Assembly: GCA_963514005.1 (NCBI GenBank)
Contig: OY740812.1
Location: forward strand, 30,380,001 to 30,444,000
DNA from: Raja brachyura
Taxonomy: Eukaryota
Direction of reading: 5' to 3'
Length of the DNA stretch: 64,000 nt
Position 1 is the first letter of the stretch; every line of letters starts with the position of its first letter. The notes under the pieces were generated by a model. The model made no database searches. It had not been told where the DNA came from and saw only the letters and a program-made list of their open reading frames with translations. The position numbers were made by a program, and so were the translations under genes. Of this stretch, positions 37,496 through 50,668 are shown piece after piece.

Positions 37496-40336
37496 GGTGG
37501 ACATGTACAAGATCCGGGAAGAACATTTAAACAGCCTATAATGCACATCTTAAAGCTTTGAGAGAGTTCTGTATCAACCTGCGCAGCAACAATACGATAC
37601 TTAGTATGATTGTTTCTTATATATTGGATTGTCACTGAATTGTATGAAAAAAAAGAATTTCACTGTACACATGACAAATAAGTACCATTGAACCATTGAA
37701 AAGGATTTTGAATTTTAAGATCAAATTTCCCTTTTGAAGGGGACAGTGAATTTTATTTCTAGCCGTTGCTTTCCAGATCACTCAATCCTCCTATATCCCT
37801 AATTCTTTTGCACTAAAGCCACAAATTGGTATTTTTTAGTCAAAAGGAAAATTCAATCAAGGGCTTTAATGACAAACCAAAAATATTATGACACTTCCAC
37901 AAAATAATGTACATTTTGTACATAGCAAGTCACGACAAATAGCAATGCAATAACCAGTGGACTGAGGAATACACATTGCCAAAGACATCAGATAGATCAC
38001 ACCTTTGCTCTTTTTATTTTTGGGATCTGAGGGTCATCTGAGGACAACATTTATTGCCCATCTCTAACCGCACATTACATGGAAGTAATTTTTGAGCCAT
38101 TGTATTATGATATTGGATAGGGAGTTCTAGGATTTAGACCCAACAGTGAAGGACTGGCAATGCATTTGCAAATCAAGATATGACTTGAGACCAGAATCTG
38201 CAGATGGTGATATTTCTCAGGCAACTGCTGCCCTTAACTTTCAGATGGCAAATAAAAATCCACAGGTTTAGGAAGAGATGCAGAAGCCAAGACAAGTAAC
38301 AGCCTTAAGTTGTATATGAAGGAATGAATACCTGGTGGCATACGAGTGCAAATCAAATAGGCCACGTAGCGAGCAGGGAGATGGGATTTTGAGGGAGAGA
38401 AAGGCAGAGATGTATCGAATATAATTGCACATGCAGAGATGTATCGAATATCAAGTCCAGTAAAACTTGATTAAAGAATATACCGAGGGTCTCCAATGAG
38501 GTAGATGGTAGGTCTGGACCATTCTCTAGTTGGTGATAGGAAGGTTCAGTTGCCTGATAACAGCTGGGAAGAAACTGTCCGAGTCTGGAGGTGTGTGTTT
38601 TCACACTTCTGTACCTCTTGGCTGATGGGCGAGGGGAGAAGAGGAAGTGTCTGGGGTGAGACTCGTCCTAGATTATACGAGTGGCCTTGCCAAGGCAGCA
38701 TAAAGTATAGATGGAGTCAATAGAAGGGAGGTTGGTTTCTCGAATGGACGTCAAGACAAGTCACTCAGATCAAGATACCCAGTCACTGACCTGCTGTGAT
38801 AACGATGGTATTTGTGACTGGTCCCAGTTGGGTTTGTAGTTATTGGCAACACATGGGCTAGAAACAACTATTGAAGTTAAATAAAATGGAATTACAATGG
38901 TTGAGGATAACTCGTGGAATAAGCAGTCAGGTTAGCAAGCATTAATGCATAGCAAAAATATATCAAAATGAGGAAATATATTATGGGACAGATGAATCAA
39001 CCATGGTTAACCAAGGAAAGTATTGACTAAAAAGGAAAACAGGAGGCAAAATAAATCAGTAAATCCAAAGATGGAGACAATTCAAAATTGAGAAGGAGGA
39101 TGAAAGAAAATGAACACAAGCAGCAAGATGGAAGAACAATGACTATTTTAGGCCAAAGATCCTTTAGACTTTTATACGAAACTCTTTGCCAGAGTAGATC
39201 AATGGGAACCAATGCCCCGTATTCGGCTTTCCAGAAGACATGCAGCAAGGTGTCTCAGAAGGTTAGGAAACCTAAAGGATTTTATTAGAGGCAAAATACT
39301 GGCATGGGTAGAGGAATGACTAATGGGCAGGAAGCAGCAAGTACGGATAGGGAGGGACATTTTCCAGTTGGCAGTTCAAAGCTATTAGTACAGCATTACT
39401 ACAGTTAAAAATGTAGAATATTGAAGGTAACTGCAACCCTGCTCATTATGGAAGAATAATGAAATTAACCTAATTTAAAAGGAGCAGAGATCATTTTTGC
39501 GTTAAAAGCTAAAGTACTGGGGAACCGACACAAAGGAAATGAGGCATGGGACAGATCGTAGTAAATGGCAGGGCAGGCACGAGGGAGAGAGCAGCCTAGT
39601 TATGCTTCTGTTGTTAAATGCTGCAGGAGAATCTTAGACTAGACACTAAATGCTGAGTGAATGATACATCTCATGAAGCTAAGCCATAACAAGAGAGCAT
39701 GGTCTCAGAACAAGGGGTGAACCATTTAAGACCAAGGTGACTTGGAATGAGTGTTTGATAGATTTCTAATCAACAAGAGAATCAGAGGTTATGAGCGAAG
39801 AACAAAAGAGTGATATTGAATATGGAATCGGCCATGATCCTATTAATGGTAGGGCAAGCTCAAAGGGCCGAATGGCCTAATATTCCCACATCTTGTCTCT
39901 AAACAATGCCACTTGTTATTTTATGTTCAACCTACAGCAGGTATAACCTTGTCTTAAATGCAATCTTTCAGATGAGACCATGCAGCAACCCAGCATGCAC
40001 TGTAATAAAATGTCTAGAAGTTTAGTCCTGGAACTCCAGCGTGGAACTTCAAACCATATTCTATAACTCTGGTATCAGTGCTTTAACATCCAAGCAACGG
40101 AGGACACCACTGCTCATTTCTGGCAAAAGCCTGCAACCCTTCTACTTGTGTGCTGCCCAGATTTGGACCGAGACCCAAATTCTGCAGCTGATTTAATTCA
40201 CCGTTAATTTTTGTGCCTGATTATACCAAACATCTACTGTTCATTTAAAAAAAAAAAAAAATTCAAAAATTATGCATGACACTCTAAACTGTACTATTTA
40301 ATTACGATTCCTAACACATTCCCTTCGAGAATTTCA

Positions 40337-40645
40337 GGGCAGCACAGTGGTGCAGCAGAGAGTTGCTGCATTATAGTCCCAGAGAACAGGGCTTGAACCT
40401 GACTGTTGGTACTATCTTCACAGAGTTTGTATGTTCCCCCTGTGACCACGTGGGTTTTCTCCGGGTGCTCCGGTTTCATCACAGTCCAAAGACATACAGG
40501 TTTGTAAGTTAATTGGTTTCGGCAAAAATTGTAAAATTGTCCCTAGTGTATAGGATACTGTTAGTGGGCGGAATGTTTGCTGGTCGACGCGGACTCGGTG
40601 TGTCGAAGGGCTTTTTTCCACATTGTATCAGCAAAGCAAAAGTCT
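40337..40645 (+). mobile_element. tRNA-derived SINE, HE1/V-SINE type
   Basis: gggcagcacagtggtgcagc head; core gtgggttttctccgggtgctccggtttc..ccaaagac. Confidence 0.8.
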
Positions 40646-43199
40646 AAAATATTAATCTAGATAATTCTCAGTTTTCTGCATTAAATTCTATCTAACATGC
40701 ATAGTCACATTAGTTTACCCACTTGGTGTCAGCTGCTCTCGGGTTGGGTGATAATCATGGTCAGGTCAAACTGTGATGCAGAGACTGTAGTTAAGCTTAT
40801 TGTTTGTTAACTTGCATCAGAAACTATTCCAGTAGTTTTAATTCACCTCAACTGAGAAAGTTTTTAGACACAGTTCACAGCAGTTTCCATAACATTCAAG
40901 TTCTCTATAACATCAGTTAGTTTTGTTTCCAGTACTGCTGAGGCAATAGAGCAGAATGAGAATTGGTTTGCAAGGGAGTTTCCACATTATGCAAGAACAC
41001 AACATAAGTTGGCAGGGGGGTTACACAAAAAGCTGGAGAAACTCAGCGGGTGCAGCAGCATCTAAGGAGTGAAGGAGATAGGCGAGGAGATAAGTTGGCA
41101 GGGACCCAGCTCTTCATGCCTGTTCGACCATTTTAAATTGTCATGGCTGATCTATGCTGGCCTTAACTCGTCTGTACAAATTCCCATACGTAATATTGAA
41201 AGAGGATTTAACAGCTATCTCAAAGTTAAATATTTTTTAATGATCTAGCCTTCACCATCCACTGCGTCAGAGAATACGACCCTCATGAAATGTGTGCACC
41301 TCCATTTTAAATGACTTGTCTTCAGGTCAATTTATATTTCAGAGAGGCTGACTGCACAAACTTTAAACTTTCATCACTACATCAAAAGCGGCAAAGGCAC
41401 AGAACTGTAGCTTTACTTCAAAAGGATTTCATTCAACTTTCATAAAGCTGATCATAGTCAAAGTGCTAAAAGGTGCTTAGTAAATAAAAGTCCTTTCTTC
41501 CTTGTGGCGTCTACCAGGGACCAATCCTGCCAATTAACTCATCTACATGTTGTTCTTTAGCAAAATCTAAAATTTTGCACACTCACTGATTACATCCAAT
41601 TACACCTCACTTTCTTTGCTCATGTCTGAATCTTATTCCAGTGACATAACAATATTTTGAACTTGTATACCTTTAAGAACATGATGATGGTATGACTTTG
41701 TTCTTGTACCCAAAGATACTAGCGCTCCTCTAGTATCTTTGGTGGTACCTGCCATTCATTGGTGACTGGCTTCAATAAAGATAAACTTAAGGTTATCAAA
41801 TATTGGTTGCTTATGCCAATCATTATCCTAAAATGTATTAACTCATAATGCTGTTCATTATCTCCTTTCTGGCTAAGCAATGCAGAGTTGTTTGAAAAAA
41901 TCTTATCCCCATTTCAAAGTCATTCCATGGCCTCGACCTCCCGCTAACCTAAACTATTCTAGTCCTACATTAATTAATTATAAAAAATGAAATAAAGTGC
42001 TAGAGTAACTCAGCAGGTCAGACAGCATCTCTGGAGAACATTGACAGGGAGACATTTTGTGTCAGGACCATTCTTCAGAGCCAACCAGAAACATCACCTA
42101 TCCGCGTTCTACAGAGATGCTGCCTGACCCACTGAGTTACTCCAGCACTTTGACATTTTTTGTAAACTAGCATCCGCAGTCCATTATTTCTACATTCATT
42201 TACTCTATCTGTGCCCCTCCAATTCTGTTCTCCAAACATCATGGAACTTGACATCCTCCATCAACATCAGCCGACATCAATTGTCAATGCCCTAAAATGT
42301 TTAGTTACCTTTTTGACTAAGCTGCCCCAAAATCTCATGTAATTTACCCTCAACTTGTTTTTAAATCATAGCTTGAGGAAACAGCAACTACTGACCAGGC
42401 ACTAATTCTAACCCAGATCAGGATAGACTGCTTAAAGTACAGAGCCAGCCTGGCACAGCACAGCCCAACCTAACCAATGATTCAACAGAAAATACACTCA
42501 ACACAAGCCAGATACATTTAGTCAGGTTCCTCATTTCCCCTTTTTCTGAGGTCCAATCGATTTTAAAAAAAGCTTTTAGAATTATATGTCCTTTTTGCTT
42601 ACTAAATCCATTTAATGTGGACAGAAATGTCAAGGATTGCATTTACAAACATAGATAAATCAAATATTAATACCCAAGAACACTGATGGAAAAGCCAATA
42701 TAATTCAAGACCTTGAGCAAAAATCAATGTTACTTTTGTTAGCAATTTAAAAATGGTGCTACTTATCCACTTCATATGGTTATGCCCAAAAAAATGTTTG
42801 GTCTCCAGGGTAAAAGTGAAGGTACTCTGAAGATATGCACTTTTTTGTTTAAACATAATTACTTCCACCTGCACTTTCCAATTCACAAAGGACTATATTT
42901 AGACCATCAATTCATAAGATCATGTGATAGGAGCAGATTTAGGCCATTCGGCCCATCAAGTCTAGTCTGCCATTCAATTCTGGCTGAACTATCTCTCCTT
43001 CCTAACCCCATTCTCCTTCCTTCTCCCCATATCCTCTGATACATGTCCTAATTAAATTCAACACAACACTTTAACAGCCATCAATTTCAATTTTTATTAC
43101 TTAAAAATATTAACTTCGATGACATGATAAATCCTTTGATGACGAGAGAAATTGAGGCTCTGGTCAGGAAAAAGGCTTGAGATGCCAATTGGCAGCTGA

Positions 43200-45060
43200 C
43201 ACGAAGGAATTACAGGGACTGAGGAGAGTACTTAAGGAAATGAGGGTAAAAAGGAGGCAGGAGATAGCTCTGACAGATAATATTAAGAATAATCCAAAGA
43301 GAATTTATGTAAATTAAGGAAAAGAGGGAACTTATAGCCCCCGCAGAAATCAAAGTAGTCATCTGTGTGTGGAGCTACAGGAGATGGTCAAGATCTCCAA
43401 TGAGTATTTCCCCTTTGCTTTTACTGCGGAGAAAGACATGATGACTGGGGAACTTTGGACGGTTAATGGAAGAGTCTCAAGGACAATTTGATTTGCAGTC
43501 GAGGAGATGCTTGACATCCTAAGGTGTATGAAGGCAGATAAATCTTATGGCCCGATCAGATATATCCAAGGACACTGTGGGAAGCTAAAGAAATTGCAGG
43601 CACCCGGGCTGAGATATACAAATCATCGTTGTGCATGGGTGCAGTGCCAGAAGACTGGAGGGTGTCTAATGCTGTGTCTCTATTTAGGAAAGGCTGTAAG
43701 GAAAAGCCTGGGAACTATACATCAGTGAGCTTCACATCTGTGCATTTGGGCTGATTATGGATAGTCAGCATGGTTTTGTACATGAGAGATTGTATCTTAC
43801 GAATCTGATTGAGTTTTGTTTTAAGTAACCAAATAGGTTGTTGATAAAGTAGACGAGCAAGGTTTCTGATAAGATTCTTGGTGGTTAGTGGCTGTGGAAA
43901 GTCAGATTGCATGAGATACAGCGAGAGCTAGCGAACTGGCGCCTATTTCCTTCGCTCTACAGATGCTGCCTCACCCGCTAAGTTTCTCCAGCATTTTTGT
44001 CTACCTTCAATTTTCCAGCATCTGTAGTTCCTTCTTAAACAACTGGATAGAGAATTGGCTTCATGGAAGAATGCAGAGAGTGATGGTGGAAGGTTGTTTT
44101 AGAACTGGAGCCCCATGCCTAGTGGTGTGGCTCAAGGATCAGTGCTCGGCCCATTGCTGGTTGTGGTTTATGTCAAAAATTTGGATGAGAATGTAGAATG
44201 CACGATTAATAAGCTTGAAGATTGCATTAAAGAGGGTAGTATTGCAGATAGCAAAGATGGTTATCAAATATTATAGCAGGATCGGTTGGGCAAGTGGGCT
44301 GAGGAATAAGAGTGAGGTGATGCATTTTGGGAAGCCAAAACAAGGCAGGAACTTCACAGTGAAGAGCATTGTAGAACAAAGGGAGTACAGGTACAGTGTT
44401 CCTTGAAAGTGGCATCACAGGTAGATAGGATGGTCAAGAAGGCTAACAGTACATTAGCCTTCATCAGACAGGGTATATTAAGTTTAGAGGCTGTGATGTT
44501 ATGTTACAGTTGTAGAAGACGTTGGCGATGCTGCATTTGGAATGGTGTTCAGTTTTGGTCACCCTGTTACAGGAAGGATGTTGTTAAGCTAGAAAGGGTG
44601 CGGAAACAATTTACAAGGATGTTGCCGTGACTCGAGGGCTTGAGCTATGGGGAAGAGGCTGGGCAAGCCAGAACTTTATTCTTTGAAGAGCAAAGCTGAG
44701 CAAGAATGTTATAGAGGCACCCAAGATCATGAGGGGAACAGATTTGGTAAAATAGTGGAATCAAGGACGTAGGTGGAAGTGAATATAGGAAATATTTAAT
44801 AGAAACCAGAGGGGCAACTTTTACCACAGTATATGGAACATGGTATATGGAATATGGAATATGGTGGGTATATGGAACAAGTTGCCATTAAAAGTAGGTG
44901 TGACAGGTACATTTAAAACACATTGGGACAGCTACATGGACAGGAAAGGTTTAGAGGGATATGGGACAAATGCAGGCTGCTTGCGTAGATGGGGGGTCTT
45001 GGTTGGCATGGGCAGGTTGGGTCGAATTGCTTATTTCCATGGTGTTGATTTTGTGACTAT
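43200..45060 (+). mobile_element. Decayed CR1 ORF2 + tail
   Basis: KADKSYGP, WIENWL, QFWSPCYRKDVVKLERVRKQFTRMLP. Confidence 0.85.
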
Positions 45061-45845
45061 GACACTTAAATCAATCCCAGTTTTTATTAATGCTCTATCT
45101 TCATCCCCACAATTTGAAGCTACAAATATCCCAAACGCAGGTATGCCATAAACTGCCTTCTATTCGCACGTTTGTGTTCCATGTTTGTGTACTATAATAT
45201 CCAAGACTCCACTCATTTTGTTTGGATTTTTTCTTTCGTCTCTATTCTAATAAATCCATGGAGAACAAATGCTTTTTAGTCTTCCATGTTTACTGCCTGA
45301 CATCCTGCATTTTCTGTAAAAATTGCCTTCTGATACTCCCTTAAATACATTAGCTCAAGAGTCCAAATCAAATTATTTTTCCTACTTACAGCTTTATTAA
45401 TGATAGCACAAGTTCAAATAAAACGTACTTTTTTTTTTAAAACACAAAGTCATGAAGTTAGCAATCAGGTTGTACACCAAAATCCTACTTCCTTAAAATG
45501 TCAAATTGGCAAGAATAGACATCAGCTATAAAAAAACTAGTTTCTGTTAATTTTGAGGTTTACTGCCTGAATGAGATTTGAAAGTCTGAAGCATATTGAT
45601 TACTTAAAGGAGTCAAAATAGTCTGAAAGCCAAGTCACATTTTCCACATGGTGAAATAGAAACACTAGAGTATTCTCTTGTTTTCAACATTGCTGAACAC
45701 CTGTAGTAAAATAAGACTAAACGATCACTACATACTAATTAAGTGATGGCAGAAACTCACAGAAGGTCTACTCTGATACTGACGACATTGAAACCGAAAT
45801 TAGGACATTCAAAAGGCAGGCCATCCAGCTTGTCCCAAAGCCTTA

Positions 45846-46505
45846 TGGGCCTGTCCCACTTAGACGATTTTTCAGGCGACTGCAGGAGACTCTGCAGTCG
45901 CCACATTTGCCGGGGAATCGCCTTCGTGGTTGTGAGGAGTTCCCGCATTCTGGAAACCAGTTGCGGCCTCATTATGGTCGCCAGAATGAAGCCGCCATGG
46001 AGAGTAGCGAGAATTCTCGTGTCGTAGGTGGGTCGCCAGCAGGTCCTAGTGGGTTGCCAGGAGGTCGAAGGTTCGTGTAGGTTGTAGCCGGTGGTGACCG
46101 GTGGATTTAATTGGGTCATTGGGAAATAAAAACATAAACTATAGTTTTCAGAACCGAGGATAACCGGCCGGTAATGTTAATGTCTGACGAGCTTCACATC
46201 CGTGTATCTGTGGCTTATTAAAAGTGGTCTCCACTCCTTCTGCCCACCCCATCTCTTTGAAAGGACTTGCGTGATCCTTCCCGTACACAGTGCTTTGACC
46301 GTCTTAATTGGAGCGCCAACCTTCTTGTTCATCACGGTGTGTGTCTGTATCGCATTGGTTTGCACCATCTGCATTTCACTCAGACAGCGTTCCCCTGCTT
46401 GCCCTGTCCCCTGCCATGAGTGAGTGGATTTTTTTTTTTTTAAGGGGACTGCCGGTGATTTGAGTCGCCAGCAGTCACCTGAAAAATCAAAGTGGGACAC
46501 GCCAC
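45846..46505. mobile_element. Harbinger-type MITE (~660 bp)
   Basis: tta|tgggcctgtcccacttagacgatttttcaggcgactgc ... gcagtcacctgaaaaatcaaagtgggacacgccac|tta. Confidence 0.8.
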
Positions 46506-47632
46506 TTAGTATATATAAAAAACATTAGTATATAACTTTCAATTCACATACCGAGATACCCGAGGCTCAGTAATGGGCCATAAATCACTGTAGCTCCATG
46601 ATACATACCAACTAAACTCAAAGGATTGTCGATTCTACCACTTAATGATGATCAAACTGCTTTATCACTTAAACTCAGTATTCAGTTTTAATAATCTCCA
46701 ACATTAGTTATAAAGATCTATTTTTAGCATCCAATTCACGTCCATTTTCTGTTTTTCTAACAAAATCAGCATCAAATTAAATATTCTAGACAAGTTTCGC
46801 AGTTCAGAATCTGTACTCAGGTAGTGAGGTTCCAATCACGTCTCATGTGTCCTAGACTCTTATACACACGATAATGTACCAGAAAGCTTTTCACAAATTC
46901 CACCTATCAAAATGTTAAAAAAAAACAAGGTAACATTGGTCTAAATTGGGACAGGCAGCATCTCGGGAGAGAAGAAATGGGCGACGTTTCAGGTCGAAGC
47001 CCTGCCTCAGAATGTCAGGGGAGAGATTTGGAACCTTCGTGTGAAAAGGACAGATCAAAGCAGACGATGCTCTAAGAAATGTAGAATGGTTGATTTTGGT
47101 CAAGGGGAAGGTGACAAGGCACACAAACAGTAAATTAATCAGGAAGGCAGTGAAACTAGTCAGAGAATTAAGGTGGGAGGGACAGAGAGGGGGGGGGAGC
47201 AAAGGTTACAGATGAATTAATATTAATTAATAAGTTGCTCAGGCGAAATATGAGCGTAATATTCCAATAGCAAAAACAATTCAACCCTCCCAACCTATTC
47301 AAATTATATACCCAGTCTCTATACAAATCATCTGGTTGCAGTCCACCTTTCAAACTTCAATCCAAAATGTTGTCTTTATTCCAACTTGTCTAAATTCATC
47401 CATCACCCTATTGCTCAATTTACACCAGTAATGCCTACAATTCAAAACTGCTTTCATAGCCTGTTCCATCTCCAAACTTATTCAGCTCTGTAATGCTCAG
47501 ATCTCTGCAACCCTTCCATCTCTCTCTCCATCTCCAGAGAGGTTTATACCTCTCTCCATCGGCTGCCACGCCCCACCACAATAAAACAAATGTGAACAAT
47601 ACATTAGAATTTTTTAAAAACCTGCAAATGCT

Positions 47633-48799
47633 GAAACTGCAGCCGCTGCTTTATGAAATAGACACCAACTCAGCAGGTCAGGCAGCATCTCTGGAGAACA
47701 TGACGACATTTGGGGTTGGGGTTCCTTCAGACTAAAGATGGGTCCGAACCCGAAATGTTAGCTATCCATGTTCTCCAGAAATGCTGCCTCACCCACTAAG
47801 TTATTGTCTAGCATTGAAAACACAACAGGTAAAAGGTGCATTAATGTTTCAAAAATGTGCGATTTAGTTTAGAAGAGGGACTTGATGGCTACGGTTGTTA
47901 TATTGGGCACAAGATCCAAAGCAAATTTAACAGGCAAAAAATAGAAGCCTGGATGTAGCGACCAGGAACTACCTAATCTCCTGGGAAAAAAAGTGAGGAA
48001 CTGGAAAGTAAATAGTTAAAATCAGAGGGAAGTGGAGGGGAATTTTATTTTCATTTCAGTGGGACTCTGAACTACTTCTTGAAAAGTGGTGGCAGAGGGG
48101 AGTAACACTCGCCACATTTTAAAAAGTAACTGAATGTGCACTGAAAGTGCTATTATTTTACAGTTGTTAAGGATTTGAGATGTTGGAAACGTCCAAAGCT
48201 TTGTTTTCAAAATAGCCTTGCATCTGACCCACACAATACCACAGTTCTATGAAAGCTCTGGAATTCTCACTCCTTTTCATACAGGCACTCCTTCAAATCT
48301 GCTTCTTTGATTAAACGTTTGGCCACCTATCCTAAGCTCTTTACGTGGCTCATTGCTAAATTTGACAAGATATTCATGTTGTCATTTCTTTTATCCACAC
48401 ATGCTACCTGCTATATCCAACATTTTTATTTTCAACAGCATTTTTCTTTTTTATCCAACCTAATTTAACACGGAATATTAAAACATGAGAAACAATTGAC
48501 TGTGAGAGCTACTATTTTACTGCTGTGCATAAAGGTTCGACGATATTCCCCAAATTACTACAGCGACTCCGCTTCAACGTACTTTACTGCTGGCCACATT
48601 AGAACATCGTGAAGAACGTCAAAATATTAAATCTCCAAAATGCCTAAACAACTTGGACAAAATGTAGACTGCAAGGACACTTTAAAACCAATCATTAGGT
48701 ATCAGACATTCTGACAAAATACCATCAAGCTCAATATGGGTGGCACAGCCGGTAGCCTTGCTGAACTCACTACACCAGAGACACCGGTTCGATTCTGAC
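47633..48799 (+). repeat. Copy A of a ~1.17-kb direct duplication
   Basis: Colinear with 61763-62927 (e.g. aaatagaagcctggatgtagcgaccaggaactacctaatctcctg in both). Confidence 0.92.
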
Positions 48800-49072
48800 G
48801 CCATTTAGAACAGAGATGACGAAAAACCTTTTCATCCAGAGAGTTGTGAATTTGTGGAATTCTCGGCCTCAGAAGGCACTGGAGGCCAATTCACTGGATG
48901 CTTTTAAAAGAGAGTTGGATGGAGCTTTTAGGGCTAGTGGAATCAAGGGATATGGGGAGAAGGCAGGAACGGGGCACTGATTTTGACTGATCAGCCATGA
49001 TCAAATTGAATGGCGGAGCTGGCTCGAAGGGCTGAATGGCCCAGTCCTGCACCTATACTCTATGTTACTATG
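48800..49072 (+). mobile_element. CR1 3' tail
   Basis: gagagttgtgaatttgtggaattctc...cctgcacctat. Confidence 0.85.
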
Positions 49073-50124
49073 ACAGGATCACTGAAAGCAAATGCCTGTA
49101 CAAGAGAGATAAGAGACTGTGCAATTTTCTTTTGCAGATTGGAAAATTATTTAGCACAGTAATGACTTGGACTGCATGCTTGACTGTGAAGATTCTACAT
49201 TAAAAAAAAGTCCCCACTCTAAATTTCTGTTGATATTTGCACACACACACACAAGTGGGAACTCCTCATGACCATGAAAGCCACTACCCGGCAAACACCC
49301 ACGAACATGTGGCGGCCATGTGACGACCGTACAGTCTCCTGCAGTCGCCTAAAAAGTCACCTAAGTGGGACAGGTCCATTAGATTTATCATTTCAGTTGT
49401 GTGACCTTGCATTAGAACTGGAAGTAACTAAAGATAAACTGGTGAGATCATAGAAAGGACAACCTCCTGTAATGTAAACATTAGCCCATCAGGTGTGGAC
49501 TTGGTTCATGCAAGAGTGGCACAAGCAGTTACCCCTTCCCCACATTCTCCCCACAAACATGAACATTCCTTTTCCAGTTCCCTTTTGAAAGTTACTAGAA
49601 CTAGAAAAGGGTAGCAGAGAGAGGTGCACTAGGTGAAAAGCTTCAGAAGAATGAGGATATATTTGCTTTATCTTTATGCTTTGCTTTTTGCTTTATGAAC
49701 AATTTGCTTGTAGCGGCTCAAGCTTGGGGGCAAAGTGCATGTTCCAACTTGCCTGAAACATGCACCAGCTTGGAGTGTTGTCTAAAACAATCTCATAAAA
49801 CAGATGTAGACATGAAAAGATGGAGTAACTCAGTGGGACAGGCAGCATCTCTGGAGAGAATGAATGGGTGACATTTCAGGTCGAGACCCTTCTTCAGACC
49901 TGTCATAAAATAGAATCTTCCTGCTTAAATATCTCTTGAAAAAAAGTTATGTTTGTGATAGGGAAGATGGCTGCAAACTCTGAGTGACCAAAGGGTGATA
50001 GCTGAAAACAAAAATCTTTAAGGGAGAGCACAGAAAATCTAGAATAAAAATCCTGGATTGCCAATTATGCAAAAACGATCAACTCATCGTTATTCAGAAG
50101 ATAAGGTGCCATTTATCAAGCTTA

Positions 50125-50668
50125 AGGGCCTGTCCTACAAGCATGCAACTCCATGCAATGAGCGCGACCTAACGTGGTCGCTTGAGCCGTCCGGCGTCGC
50201 GGGGCCAGTCCCACTTCGATCACCGGAGCCGTGCGGAACTCATCCCGACATCACGCGGGGCTCCGAAAAACTGACTATGTTCAAAAATTCCGCGCGGCAA
50301 CGGCTTGTCGGCTCGCAGTCGCCTCGACGCATTACACACTGCCTCTACGTTGTGCCTCCGTGAACCTATCTGTAGGTGCCTCCGTGACCCTCTATGTGTG
50401 TGGCTCTGTGACCATCTCTGTGTGCCCCTCTCTGTCCTGGCGAACTTACCTTAAGACTTCACTCCAAGTTCGCCTCACTTTGCGCCGCGTTGTGCCACTA
50501 ACCCGACCTCAGTGCGGCCCTCGCTGCCGGTTTGGTCGCGCTTGCCGCATGCAGGCGCATGCTGATGGGAACGGCCCTGTACAGGGGATCACCCGACCTC
50601 CGCGCGGCCCCTGATTCTAGTTTGATCACGCTCATCGCATGGAGTCTGATGCTGGTAGGACAGGCCCT
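50125..50668. mobile_element. Harbinger-type MITE (~545 bp)
   Basis: TTA|agggcctgtcctac ... gtaggacaggccct|TTA; perfect 14-bp termini, imperfect TIR extends ~45 bp. Confidence 0.88.

Noticed and set aside
40337-40420. tRNA-like A/B-box sequence
   Set aside because: It is the degenerate head of a SINE; no full cloverleaf is visible.
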